From Prochlorococcus sp. AG-409-I11 (GTDB taxonomy: Bacteria > Cyanobacteriota > Cyanobacteriia > PCC-6307 > Cyanobiaceae), in contig QCJX01000002.1 in the NCBI GenBank assembly GCA_003215725.1, positions 32,249 through 96,248 on the forward strand: a DNA stretch of 64,000 bases, in the 5' to 3' direction. This document shows positions 31,413-40,648 of this stretch, piece by piece. A model generated the notes under the pieces. It saw nothing but the letters and a program-made list of their open reading frames with translations. It ran no database searches and was not told the origin of the DNA. Made by a program: the position numbers and the translations under genes. Position 1 is the first letter of the stretch, and every line of letters begins with the position of its first letter.

Positions 31413-32299
31413 TCTGTTTGCGTATCAAATAAACTCTTAAGTTGATATATACCATTTTTAATTGATGTGTTTGAAATTACTCTGCCTCTCCATATTATAA
31501 CTTCCCCCGTTGTTAGTTCAGGGACTATTCTTAGTGTGGCTGGAGTCATTAAGTATAAAGTAATCGGACCTTTTGTATTGGTAATTTTAATTATATCTTT
31601 AGTACCATTGTTAATAATAATAGTCTTTGACTGCTGTAATTTTAAATCAAGTTTGCCTTGACTTGATTTAACTTTGAAGTCTTTATATAGATTGGACAGG
31701 ATGTTTGAACTTCCATTTAAATAGTAGTCTTTTTTTAACTTATTAAAATTGATTATATTTTTATCAGCTTTCGTATTAGATAAATTCTTTTTTAACTTAG
31801 TCTCAATAATTGGCTGAACTGTAACCATATGTTTTTTAGCAATATTTTTTTGGCTTTGATTTAACAGAAAAATAAAGGTAAGCATGAAAATTATATATAG
31901 TAAGCCACCTTGCCAGCTTGTAAGTAATTCGATATTTCCTGTACTGAATGTGCTTATATTAGACCTTTTGCGATTGTAATTTTCTCTAAGGATTGGATTT
32001 AGGCTACCCTTATTTAACCCTAGTTCATTTTCTAAAATTGTTAACATTGACATTAAATATGTTCTTTCTGGTAGTTGATTAGACCACCCATTCTCTATAG
32101 CTTCTAATACCGTAGTAGAAATCTTGGTTTTTAATGCTAGTTGAGTTCTTTTAAGCCCATAATGTTCTCTTTTTTCTTTTAAAAGTCTGCATGCATCGTA
32201 GAAAATATTTTCATCAAATGGTTTGTCTTTAGGTTCGTTTCTTTTGAACTTTTTGAATAGTGATTTAATTGTTTTAAGATATCGGTTAGTACGATTCAT
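31409..32299 (-). CDS. RodZ-like helix-turn-helix membrane protein
   Basis: N-terminal XRE-type HTH (RTQLALKTKISTTVLEAIENGW), a single TM segment (LLYIIFMLTFIFLL), and a beta-rich C-terminal domain. Confidence 0.55.
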   Translation of the reverse strand: MNRTNRYLKTIKSLFKKFKRNEPKDKPFDENIFYDACRLLKEKREHYGLKRTQLALKTKISTTVLEAIENGWSNQLPERTYLMSMLTILENELGLNKGSLNPILRENYNRKRSNISTFSTGNIELLTSWQGGLLYIIFMLTFIFLLNQSQKNIAKKHMVTVQPIIETKLKKNLSNTKADKNIINFNKLKKDYYLNGSSNILSNLYKDFKVKSSQGKLDLKLQQSKTIIINNGTKDIIKITNTKGPITLYLMTPATLRIVPELTTGEVIIWRGRVISNTSIKNGIYQLKSLFDTQTD

Positions 32300-33021
32300 T
32301 TTAGATTTGATAATGATTCTAATTCACTTGAGCTGATCTCCCTCCACTCTCCCTCTTTTAGTTGATCTAGGCAAATACCGGCGATTGATGTCCTTTGAAG
32401 ATCAAGAACTGGATGCCCTAACTCATCTCCAACTTTTCTAATTTGTCTATTTCTTCCCTCTTTTAGGATAATTCTAATAACACTAAAATTTTGTTGGGGA
32501 TGTATATCGATTAGGTCAACTTTAGCTTTTAAGGTTTTTTTATTTTCAATAATAACCCCATTCCTCCATTTATTTATAGTTCTTTCAGTTGGAATTCCTT
32601 TGATAGTTACATGATATTGCTTTGTGTGCATATATCTTGGATGAGTTAATTTTAACGTAAGTTCACCATTGTTAGTGAGAAGAATTGCACCTCTGCTCTC
32701 AAGATCAAGTCGTCCAATTGGATGTAGTCCTTTCCTTATTCTTTTAGGTATTAAATCAAGAACGGTTTTTCTTCCATGTGGGTCAACGCAGCTACTAATT
32801 ACTCCTGCAGGCTTATTTAAGAGAAAAGCCTTAGTTGTAATTGTTTTAGGGATTGCCAAGTTATCTACAAGGATTTCATCAACCTCTGGATTTGCTTTGC
32901 TTCCTAAAAGTGCTATTTCTCCATTGATCTTTACTCTTTCTTCGGTTAATAGTTTTTCCGCCTTTCTCCTTGAGCATAAGCCAGAGGCAGCTATGATTTT
33001 TTGTAGACGCTGACCCGCCAT
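32296..33021 (-). CDS. Pseudouridine synthase, RsuA/RluB family (S4 domain plus catalytic domain)
   Basis: S4 motif RLQKIIAASGLCSRRKAEKLL and the catalytic motif GRLDLESRGAILLTNNG. Confidence 0.85.
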   Translation of the reverse strand: MAGQRLQKIIAASGLCSRRKAEKLLTEERVKINGEIALLGSKANPEVDEILVDNLAIPKTITTKAFLLNKPAGVISSCVDPHGRKTVLDLIPKRIRKGLHPIGRLDLESRGAILLTNNGELTLKLTHPRYMHTKQYHVTIKGIPTERTINKWRNGVIIENKKTLKAKVDLIDIHPQQNFSVIRIILKEGRNRQIRKVGDELGHPVLDLQRTSIAGICLDQLKEGEWREISSSELESLSNLK

Positions 33022-33140
33022 CTAAAAAGCTATTCCTACTAACATTGGAATAATACCAACTTTTGGAATCATTATCTTAGGAGTCAATCCATTAATATGA
33101 AAAATCAGGGAAACTCTCTTGTTTTGAAATAAGTAATAAT

Positions 33141-33599
33141 TTAAAAATATTCATCAATTTCTTTCACTTTACCTAATTCTAACTGCTTCATCAGGTTATC
33201 AATTACTTTCCACATTATGAATCCTGTTAGAAAACTAGTTATGGTTGAAAAAATTAAGGATTTCTTTGCTGAGAAATCTAATATTTGTAGCACACTAGTA
33301 AATAAAAGCGTTAGGCCGGTGAAAGATAGCAGCCAACTTGAACGAGTTTTGAAATTCCCTAAAGGGATTGGAGATACTTTACTTTTCTCCCAAGAAAGTA
33401 GTTTGCTTCTCAAAAGAAATGCGAAGTAAACTCCAAAACAGAACACAGTAACAGCACCAATTAAAAGAATAAAAATTGGATTTTGGAATAAAGGGATGTT
33501 TTGAGAGTCTGAAAGAACCTCATTTATTTCTTGTTCACTCAGCTCAGAGAGATTGATACTTAGTAGAAAAATATAAATGGAATCGATTGTTTGTTTCAT
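33141..33599 (-). CDS. Hypothetical membrane protein
   Basis: 152 aa with three or four hydrophobic segments. No family recognised. Confidence 0.4.
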   Translation of the reverse strand: MKQTIDSIYIFLLSINLSELSEQEINEVLSDSQNIPLFQNPIFILLIGAVTVFCFGVYFAFLLRSKLLSWEKSKVSPIPLGNFKTRSSWLLSFTGLTLLFTSVLQILDFSAKKSLIFSTITSFLTGFIMWKVIDNLMKQLELGKVKEIDEYF

Positions 33600-33658
33600 T
33601 TTTATTATGCAATTGATTGTTTTTTGAAAAACATTTTTATTATTCTATTTAACAAGGT

Positions 33659-35371
33659 TTAAACGGCAAGTGGGTTGATCCTATTTATTATATTTCCTGC
33701 CACTTTGGTCGGACTAAATGTTTTGCTAATTAACTTTATTAATGTTTTAATTTCTTTAGTATCAAGCTTCTCATCTTTTATCATACTCAGTAGTAGATTT
33801 CTTCTTAAAAGTTTCCCATTCTTGCTGCAAATTAATTTTAGGCCTGCACCTGCAACTGGAATTAAATCCTCACTACTTTTGTTCCCGTCATTTAATAAGA
33901 CGCCTAATAAACTTTCTATTCTATTTATTCTGATTCCACCCTTGTTGTCAAAAATTACATCAAGAAGAATCTCAAGCATTTCTTTGCTATCTGCAGCAAG
34001 CAGTCGTTTCGCAACATATGGATAGGCTATACCTACTATCTTAAATTGAGGGTCCAGATTTAGAGCTAAACCTTCCTGGCTTACTACAGCTCTTATTATT
34101 AAGGCGAACCTTGCAGGGACCCTGAATGGGTAGTCGAACATCAGCTCAGAAAAACTATCAGTTATTTTTTTAAAGTTGAAATCTACTACTTCTTCATTAA
34201 TAGCTCCGCCTAAAACTTCTTTTAAGGCTGGTACAATGGTCTCTGGACTTACGCTTGAACTTAGAAACCCTAGCTTCTTGAAATCATCAGCTAGCGAATA
34301 ATAATCTTGGTTGATTAGATTTACAATAGCTTCTGTTAAAGTTATTCTATCATTACTAGTAATAGTGTCCATCATTCCAAAATCAATATAGGCTAAATGC
34401 CCTAATTCATTTGTTTTACCCTTTAAGGCAAACATGTTCCCTGGATGCGGATCTGCATGGAAAAACCCAAACTCTAGTAATTGTTGAATCCCACTAATTA
34501 CACCTGTTCTAATGATTGATTTGGGATCAATATGATTTTCTTTAATTTCATTCACATCCTTTAGCTTTACTCCATCTATCCAACTAGTAGTTATTACTTT
34601 GAATGATGATAGTGATTTCTCTACTTTGGGAACAGTAACGGCGGGATTGTCACGAAATAACCGTGAGAACCTTTCTGCATTTCTAGCTTCTGACTCATAA
34701 TTTATCTCCTCAAACAGACTTCTTCCAAATTCATCTATGATTTCACCAAGTCCTATTCCAAGGTTTAATGGAAGGAATGGACTAGAAAGAATCGCAAGGG
34801 ATTTAATTATGACTACATCTCTTCGAATAATAAAAGCTAAGTTTGGACGTTGTATTTTAACTGCCACCCAGTAATCGTTATACAGACGTGCTTTATATAC
34901 TTGACCTAAACTGGCTGAAGCTATAGGAACATTAGGAAAATATTCGAATAGAGTTTCTACTTTACCTCCTAATTCATTTTCTAATATTTGTAATGCTTTT
35001 GTATGATTGAATGGAGGTAAATTGTCTTGTAAATTTGTTAATTCTTCCAGCCAGTCACGTCTTACAAGATCAGGTCTTGTTGAAAGTGCTTGACCTACTT
35101 TAATAAAGCAAGGACCAAGTTTTGTAAGTGTTATTAGGAGGTAATTTGCTAGGTTTTTTTGAACTTCTTTGTCTGGGTTACCCCTATCAAGCCAAAGCTT
35201 AATGATTAACATGACTAATGTTGTCACTATTTCAATAAGCCTTGGCACCCAAATCCATGGCCTGATTATTAACCATGCAAAATCCCTGTCGGAGTCATAC
35301 TCCATCGGAGCTTCTTGCTCTTCCGTAGGGTTATGTGTTGTTGTGTGCACGCTCAACAACTTAGGACGCAA
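33659..35371 (-). CDS. ABC1/UbiB-family atypical kinase
   Basis: Motifs IASASLGQVYKA and FHADPHPGN. The ORF is open from TTG 35371; the first ATG is at 35305 (MEYDSDRDF). Confidence 0.85.
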   Translation of the reverse strand: MRPKLLSVHTTTHNPTEEQEAPMEYDSDRDFAWLIIRPWIWVPRLIEIVTTLVMLIIKLWLDRGNPDKEVQKNLANYLLITLTKLGPCFIKVGQALSTRPDLVRRDWLEELTNLQDNLPPFNHTKALQILENELGGKVETLFEYFPNVPIASASLGQVYKARLYNDYWVAVKIQRPNLAFIIRRDVVIIKSLAILSSPFLPLNLGIGLGEIIDEFGRSLFEEINYESEARNAERFSRLFRDNPAVTVPKVEKSLSSFKVITTSWIDGVKLKDVNEIKENHIDPKSIIRTGVISGIQQLLEFGFFHADPHPGNMFALKGKTNELGHLAYIDFGMMDTITSNDRITLTEAIVNLINQDYYSLADDFKKLGFLSSSVSPETIVPALKEVLGGAINEEVVDFNFKKITDSFSELMFDYPFRVPARFALIIRAVVSQEGLALNLDPQFKIVGIAYPYVAKRLLAADSKEMLEILLDVIFDNKGGIRINRIESLLGVLLNDGNKSSEDLIPVAGAGLKLICSKNGKLLRRNLLLSMIKDEKLDTKEIKTLIKLISKTFSPTKVAGNIINRINPLAV

Positions 35372-35408
35372 AGTGGTGATTTGACTTTAGAAACAAGTTC
35401 ATAAATTC

Positions 35409-36806
35409 ATGGATTTTTCCTCTTTATTGACTTCTTTTCGTGGAAGGAACCTTTTTTTACCAGCGCATGGAAGAGGAATTGCTTTACCAAGAGATTTTAA
35501 AAAATTGCTTCGCAATGCTCCTGGGGCATGGGATTTACCAGAATTACCAGACTTAGGTGGACCATTCTCTAAAAGTGGTGCATTGGTTGATAGCCAAATT
35601 AAGTCAGCAGCATCTGTCGGGGTGGATCGTTGTTGGTATGGAGTAAATGGTGCTACTGGACTTTTGCAGGCTGCTCTTTTCGCCCTTTTAAGACCAGGCG
35701 AAGCAGTATTAATGCCGAGAAACGTTCATCGCAGTCTTATACAGGCCTGTGCTGTAGCTGGATTTAAGCCTGTTTTGTTTAATCTTCCTTTTTTAAAGGA
35801 CCGTGGACATTTTTCTTCTCTTGATAAAAAGTGGTTGGAAAAAGTTTTAAATCAAATAACTATTAATGGAACAAAAGTTAGTGCAGCAGTCTTAGTCCAC
35901 CCTACATATCACGGATATTCATGTGATATTGCTTCCTTAGTTGATTTGCTCCATGAAAAGGGTTTACCTGTGTTGGTGGATGAAGCTCATGGGGCATATT
36001 TTGCAAGTTGTATTGATAGAGAGATACCTAAATCAGCTATTTCTGCAGGAGCTGATTTAGTAGTGCATTCTTTGCATAAATCGGCCACTGGAATATCTCA
36101 AACTGCTGTCCTTTGGCAACAAGGTGATCTTGTTGACCCGAATGCAGTCCAAAGATGTATTGGCTGGACTTATACATCTAGTCCTAGTGCTTTATTGCTA
36201 GCTTCTTGCGAAGCGGTTTTAAGAGAGTGGAATCAACCAGAATGGACCAGAAAATTAAAAATTTGTTTAATTCAAGCTAAAGAGATCTCGAAAAGATTGA
36301 AGAAAATGGGGTTGCCCTTATTAGAGAATCAAGATCCTCTGCGCTTGATATTGCATACAGCGCCTTATGGGATTAAAGGTGACGAGGCAGATGAATGGCT
36401 TATCTCGAAAGGGTTGGTTGCAGAATTGCCTGAACCTGGTTGCCTTACATTTTGTCTTGGATTTGCATCTCAACGAGGTTTGGTCAGATCATTTAAAAGT
36501 AGATGGGAAGAACTTCTTTTGGCTTTCCCAGGAAGAAATTCTTTGGACCCTTTTTTGGAACCTTGTACCCCTTTGGTAACTGCCCCAGAGATAGATTGTG
36601 GATCAGCGTGGAGAGGCACTTATAAAAGTATTCCCCTCTCTCATGCTTGTGGGGAAATTTCTGCAGAGTTGATTTGTCCTTATCCTCCTGGGATACCGCT
36701 TGTTATTCCTGGAGAAATGCTTGACCAAAAGCGTATTGATTGGTTGGTGGAACAAAAACGCTTATGGCCCAATCAAATTTCTTCTGAATTAAAGGTTGTC
36801 ATCTAG
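35409..36806 (+). CDS. Orn/Lys/Arg decarboxylase-family PLP enzyme
   Basis: Sequence VLVDEAHGAYF...SLHKSATG contains the PLP lysine. The length and layout are those of the cyanobacterial cad-like family. Confidence 0.8.
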   Translation: MDFSSLLTSFRGRNLFLPAHGRGIALPRDFKKLLRNAPGAWDLPELPDLGGPFSKSGALVDSQIKSAASVGVDRCWYGVNGATGLLQAALFALLRPGEAVLMPRNVHRSLIQACAVAGFKPVLFNLPFLKDRGHFSSLDKKWLEKVLNQITINGTKVSAAVLVHPTYHGYSCDIASLVDLLHEKGLPVLVDEAHGAYFASCIDREIPKSAISAGADLVVHSLHKSATGISQTAVLWQQGDLVDPNAVQRCIGWTYTSSPSALLLASCEAVLREWNQPEWTRKLKICLIQAKEISKRLKKMGLPLLENQDPLRLILHTAPYGIKGDEADEWLISKGLVAELPEPGCLTFCLGFASQRGLVRSFKSRWEELLLAFPGRNSLDPFLEPCTPLVTAPEIDCGSAWRGTYKSIPLSHACGEISAELICPYPPGIPLVIPGEMLDQKRIDWLVEQKRLWPNQISSELKVVI

Positions 36807-37043
36807 TACGGGGTTTTTAAGGCTTTTTTTGCTGGCTCACCAAACTTTCTTTATATAACCTCTTGAAATCTCTTGACCATTGGTTGATTAAGGTGAGCTA
36901 GTTGAAAGAATGGTTTTAAAACTCGAAAATGTATGAAAATTGGTTTTGCTTTTTATGAGATTGAAATATTGTTTAGCCAGAGTCATATCCTTGCAAAACA
37001 ATCAATCTACTGGGCTTTTTAAGTTGGGTTGATTTTGAATTTG

Positions 37044-37931
37044 ATGTTTTCAGCTTTTTCCCGCAAGAGATTATTTAGTGGTCTATTGGCCGGTTTGTTT
37101 GGCCTTTTGGTTGTTGGCCTTGGAGGATGGTGGTTCACGATCGCACTTGGAGTGATCGTTCATCTTGCACTCCTAGAGTTTTTTCGAATGGCCCAATTCA
37201 CTGGAATTAGGCCTGCCACAAAGACAACTCTTGTTGCTTGTCAGTTATTACTTATAACTACTCAATGGGGTGTTGAAGGAGGCTTTCCTGCGGAGTTGTC
37301 GGCTGCAGTATTGCCACTTTCAGGAGCAGCTATTTGTGGCTGGTTGATACTGCAACCAGTTACTGGCTCGATAGCTGATATAGCCGCCTCTATTTTTGGC
37401 CTATTTTATTTAGGCTTTTTACCTAGTCACTGGTTAAGACTGAGAAATTTAAATGATGCTTATTTTACTGAAGGGTTACATTTAATTCCTAAAGATTGGC
37501 CTATTACAATTAACTCAGGGATGGCAATTACTCTTGTTGCATGTTTGATAATTGTAGCTAGTGATATTGGTTCTTATTTGGTAGGGAGTAAGTTTGGGCG
37601 ACATTCATTATCTCCAATATCACCGGGGAAAACTGTAGAGGGAGCATTGGGTGGAATTGCTTGTGCAATTGCAACAGGTTCGATTGCAGGGGCAATATTT
37701 CAGTGGGATTTTGGATTTTTAATAGGAGGTTTATTAGGAACTCTGGTTGCTTTTTTTGCTTTGGTTGGAGACCTGACTGAATCAATGATGAAACGAAATG
37801 CAGGACTGAAGGACTCTGGAGATGTGTTGCCTGGACATGGAGGAATACTTGATAGAATTGACAGCTACTTATTTACTCCAGCGGTTGTTTTTTATGCAGT
37901 TAAATTACTAATACCTCTTGTCATTAGCTAA
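37044..37931 (+). CDS. cdsA: Phosphatidate cytidylyltransferase
   Basis: Signature GDLTESMMKRNAGLKDSG..LPGHGGILDRIDS. The ORF is open from TTG 37029; ATG is at 37044. Confidence 0.85.
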   Translation: MFSAFSRKRLFSGLLAGLFGLLVVGLGGWWFTIALGVIVHLALLEFFRMAQFTGIRPATKTTLVACQLLLITTQWGVEGGFPAELSAAVLPLSGAAICGWLILQPVTGSIADIAASIFGLFYLGFLPSHWLRLRNLNDAYFTEGLHLIPKDWPITINSGMAITLVACLIIVASDIGSYLVGSKFGRHSLSPISPGKTVEGALGGIACAIATGSIAGAIFQWDFGFLIGGLLGTLVAFFALVGDLTESMMKRNAGLKDSGDVLPGHGGILDRIDSYLFTPAVVFYAVKLLIPLVIS

Positions 37932-37936
37932 TTATG

Positions 37937-38575
37937 CTAGGGATGAACTACTGAGCTTAATTGTATAAATACTGAGTCATTATAAAGCTCTATATTTTCT
38001 ATACAAATGGCTGGATCCATAGGTAGAAGAACGTTTGAAGCGCTTGTTGGATCAGTTAACTTTATGGTCCTTGATGCTGTTTCTAAAGATAGGTATTTAA
38101 TTGCTGATGAATTTTTTTCAGTATTTAAATAATTTATTCCCAACTTTCCATTCTTGATGAAAATATTATTGTAGGTATTCCCATCTAGTAAATTTTCTGC
38201 GAACCAATTATTCATCCAATTCCACTCGGAAGAGTTGATTGTATTATTTAGATCAATTTCTTGAAGTGATAATTTGCTATTAATTATAAATGAATCTTTT
38301 AGTAAAATGCTTGGATTGTATATGCTGAAATTTAAAGCAATAGTTATAGGGCCTGAAACAACATCAATCTCTTCTATAAATATATTCCTAAAGTTTATTT
38401 TTTTTGCTGAGATTTTAACACTGTCTATTTCTCCTCTTAAGATTCTAAGAGTAGCTCCCTCTAGTTTAAGATCTAATTTTTCAATGCTTTTGCATTGACT
38501 TTTGACCCATAATTTTAGACCAGCTTCTATAAATCTTAATAGCGGTTTCTTTGTTGATGAATCATTATTTGTCAT
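37937..38575 (-). CDS. Hypothetical protein, DUF2993/LmeA-like
   Basis: Repeated beta-strand-like pattern (KLDLKLEGATLRILRGEIDSVKISAKKINF). ATG 38575 (MTNNDSS) is chosen because the longer ORF to 38659 would overlap the upstream hydrolase gene. Confidence 0.5.
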   Translation of the reverse strand: MTNNDSSTKKPLLRFIEAGLKLWVKSQCKSIEKLDLKLEGATLRILRGEIDSVKISAKKINFRNIFIEEIDVVSGPITIALNFSIYNPSILLKDSFIINSKLSLQEIDLNNTINSSEWNWMNNWFAENLLDGNTYNNIFIKNGKLGINYLNTEKNSSAIKYLSLETASRTIKLTDPTSASNVLLPMDPAICIENIELYNDSVFIQLSSVVHP

Positions 38576-38583
38576 TTTTGTGA

Positions 38584-39459
38584 TTACTTCATTTTGGATA
38601 GAGATACCCAGCGAGCAGCTACGAGACTTGGCTGATCTATATGTGGCAGGTGACCGCAATCATCAATTTCTTCTAATTTGTTACCTAACAAATCCTTTGA
38701 CTCCCTTTTAATACTTTCTTGCAGGATTCTGTCTTGCTTGCCCCATAAAACATGTAAAGGTTGTTTTGGGACTGGGGTGCCGTAATTAGCTACCCCACCG
38801 CTCCTAGCAAAGGCAGCCAAGGTCCTTCCCCACCCTGGTACATCTAAATGTAAGGAAGCAATCTGCTCTTCAGGCACACCTACATCTCTAGAGGGATAAG
38901 CAAATGCTTGTTTGCATAAACGATTCCTTACGGATTTTTGGCTAAGAAACCAAACACCAAGCTGGTCAAATGGTCTTGGAACTTTCATTGGCGACCCTGT
39001 TAACCCTGCAGGCGACAGCAAAAGTAAGCGATTAATTTTTTCGGGGTGTTTTCTAGCAAGTTCCATGGCTAAAGCACCTCCCATGGATGCTCCAATTACA
39101 CCTAAGGGACGGTTGATAGAGGCCTCTCTTGTAATTAGACTCAAATGATTTATTAAAGATTCAGGGCCATAGCTTTTGTCTTTTGGTCGAGGGCAAAACC
39201 CAAAACCAAATAGATCTGGAATAATTAATTGATAGTGAGAACTTAATAAAGGAGCTAATCGGCGAAACTCAAGGAAACAGCTATCAAAACCATGTAATAG
39301 CAAAATGGGTGAACCTTTACCTATAACTGTTACTGGATAAACATCAGACTTGCTGTTAGATAATCCCTTTAAATACCACCATTGAACATTATTTGCTAGT
39401 TCACTCCCTAATGGGTCGATTAGATGCCTTGTTAGATCTTCTAGAATTTCTTTATTCAT
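38584..39459 (-). CDS. Alpha/beta-fold hydrolase
   Basis: HG motif (ILLLHGFDS), nucleophile elbow GASMGG, and a C-terminal DDCGHLPH containing the catalytic His. Confidence 0.75.
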   Translation of the reverse strand: MNKEILEDLTRHLIDPLGSELANNVQWWYLKGLSNSKSDVYPVTVIGKGSPILLLHGFDSCFLEFRRLAPLLSSHYQLIIPDLFGFGFCPRPKDKSYGPESLINHLSLITREASINRPLGVIGASMGGALAMELARKHPEKINRLLLLSPAGLTGSPMKVPRPFDQLGVWFLSQKSVRNRLCKQAFAYPSRDVGVPEEQIASLHLDVPGWGRTLAAFARSGGVANYGTPVPKQPLHVLWGKQDRILQESIKRESKDLLGNKLEEIDDCGHLPHIDQPSLVAARWVSLSKMK

Positions 39460-39479
39460 TATCTTTCAGAATTTTGAAT

Positions 39480-40622
39480 CTACTTTTGTCGAACTTTTTC
39501 ATTGTTTTTGTAATTAACTTCAGAAGTTAAATGCTCTGCACTTATTAGGGCCTCAAGAAGTTCACTCTCCTTAACTTTAAAAGGTAAATTCAAAATATCT
39601 GAACCTTCTTTGCACGCAAATTTGCAAGCTTTTTTGAGATCATTAATACTTACCAAGCTTAAACCTAGATCTTTAAGACTTACTGGTAGGCCTAGTTCTT
39701 TTAAAAAAGGAATTAGCTGCATCCTTGATTGTTTTGCAAGTTGACTATTCCAAAGAATTTCTTCCAGCCTTAGTTGGACAATGATTCCAAACCCCACGAT
39801 CTCTCCATGAAAGTTCTTGTTACAAGCATGAATTTGAGTTAGGCCATTATGTAATGAATGGGCTACTGCTGCCCGGCATTTTGCTCCACCTATACCACCT
39901 ATTAATCCAGCTGTTAGACCACAACATTCAATAACTCTTACCCATTCATCACTGTTGCTATCTTTAAAGGCTGCTATACCATCAATAAATAACTGATCTC
40001 TTAATACTCTTGCCATTTGTAAGGCTTGTTGTATGAGTGCATCCTCGCTAGAACCACTACTTAGAGATGCTTCGTACCATTTAGCAAGTGCATCTGCTAT
40101 CCCACTGGCAATTGTTCGAGAAGGGGCACTCTTAATAAATCCATGATCAAAAATCAATACTTCAGGACATGAACCTAGAGTTTGATCTTCCTTAAAAGAC
40201 CCTTCTTTTGAATATATATTTGAGAGTGCAGTCCATCCTGCACATGTTGAAGCACTTAATGGAATTGTGATACTAGGAATACCCATTCTATGCGACAAAA
40301 GTTTACCCGAATCGAGTACCTTCCCACCTCCTGCAGCAATGACGCCATCACAATTAAGATCTTTTATATAAGCCTGTAGATTCTTTAAATCAACCTCGCA
40401 GCAACCATAAGTTAATTCCATATTATTAACTTTAATACCTAAATTACTTAGTTCTTGGGTGATAAAACCTCTGATACTTGAAGTTTCAATGCTTCGACCA
40501 ATTAAAACTGGATTGTTGCAAATTTGTGGGATAAGTTCTTTACCTTTAGACCATGCTCCTTCCCCTCGCAAAACTTTTGTTGGAGCAATTGTATGAGAAA
40601 AAGTAGTTTTTAGTAAACCCAA
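39480..40622 (-). CDS. Iron-containing alcohol dehydrogenase family, glycerol dehydrogenase-like
   Basis: Motif AAGGGKVLDSGK and metal-ligand His motifs (HSLHNGLT, HGEIVGFG). TTG start. Confidence 0.75.
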   Translation of the reverse strand: MGLLKTTFSHTIAPTKVLRGEGAWSKGKELIPQICNNPVLIGRSIETSSIRGFITQELSNLGIKVNNMELTYGCCEVDLKNLQAYIKDLNCDGVIAAGGGKVLDSGKLLSHRMGIPSITIPLSASTCAGWTALSNIYSKEGSFKEDQTLGSCPEVLIFDHGFIKSAPSRTIASGIADALAKWYEASLSSGSSEDALIQQALQMARVLRDQLFIDGIAAFKDSNSDEWVRVIECCGLTAGLIGGIGGAKCRAAVAHSLHNGLTQIHACNKNFHGEIVGFGIIVQLRLEEILWNSQLAKQSRMQLIPFLKELGLPVSLKDLGLSLVSINDLKKACKFACKEGSDILNLPFKVKESELLEALISAEHLTSEVNYKNNEKVRQK

Positions 40623-40648
40623 TCTAAATAGTGCCTTGTGGTTGAATT

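Noticed and set aside
38576-38659. Longer version of the DUF2993-like ORF overlapping the hydrolase gene by 76 bp
   Set aside because: The extension (MRSPATYRSAKSRSCSLG...) lies within the 3' end of the alpha/beta hydrolase gene. The internal ATG 38575 leaves a clean 8-nt gap.
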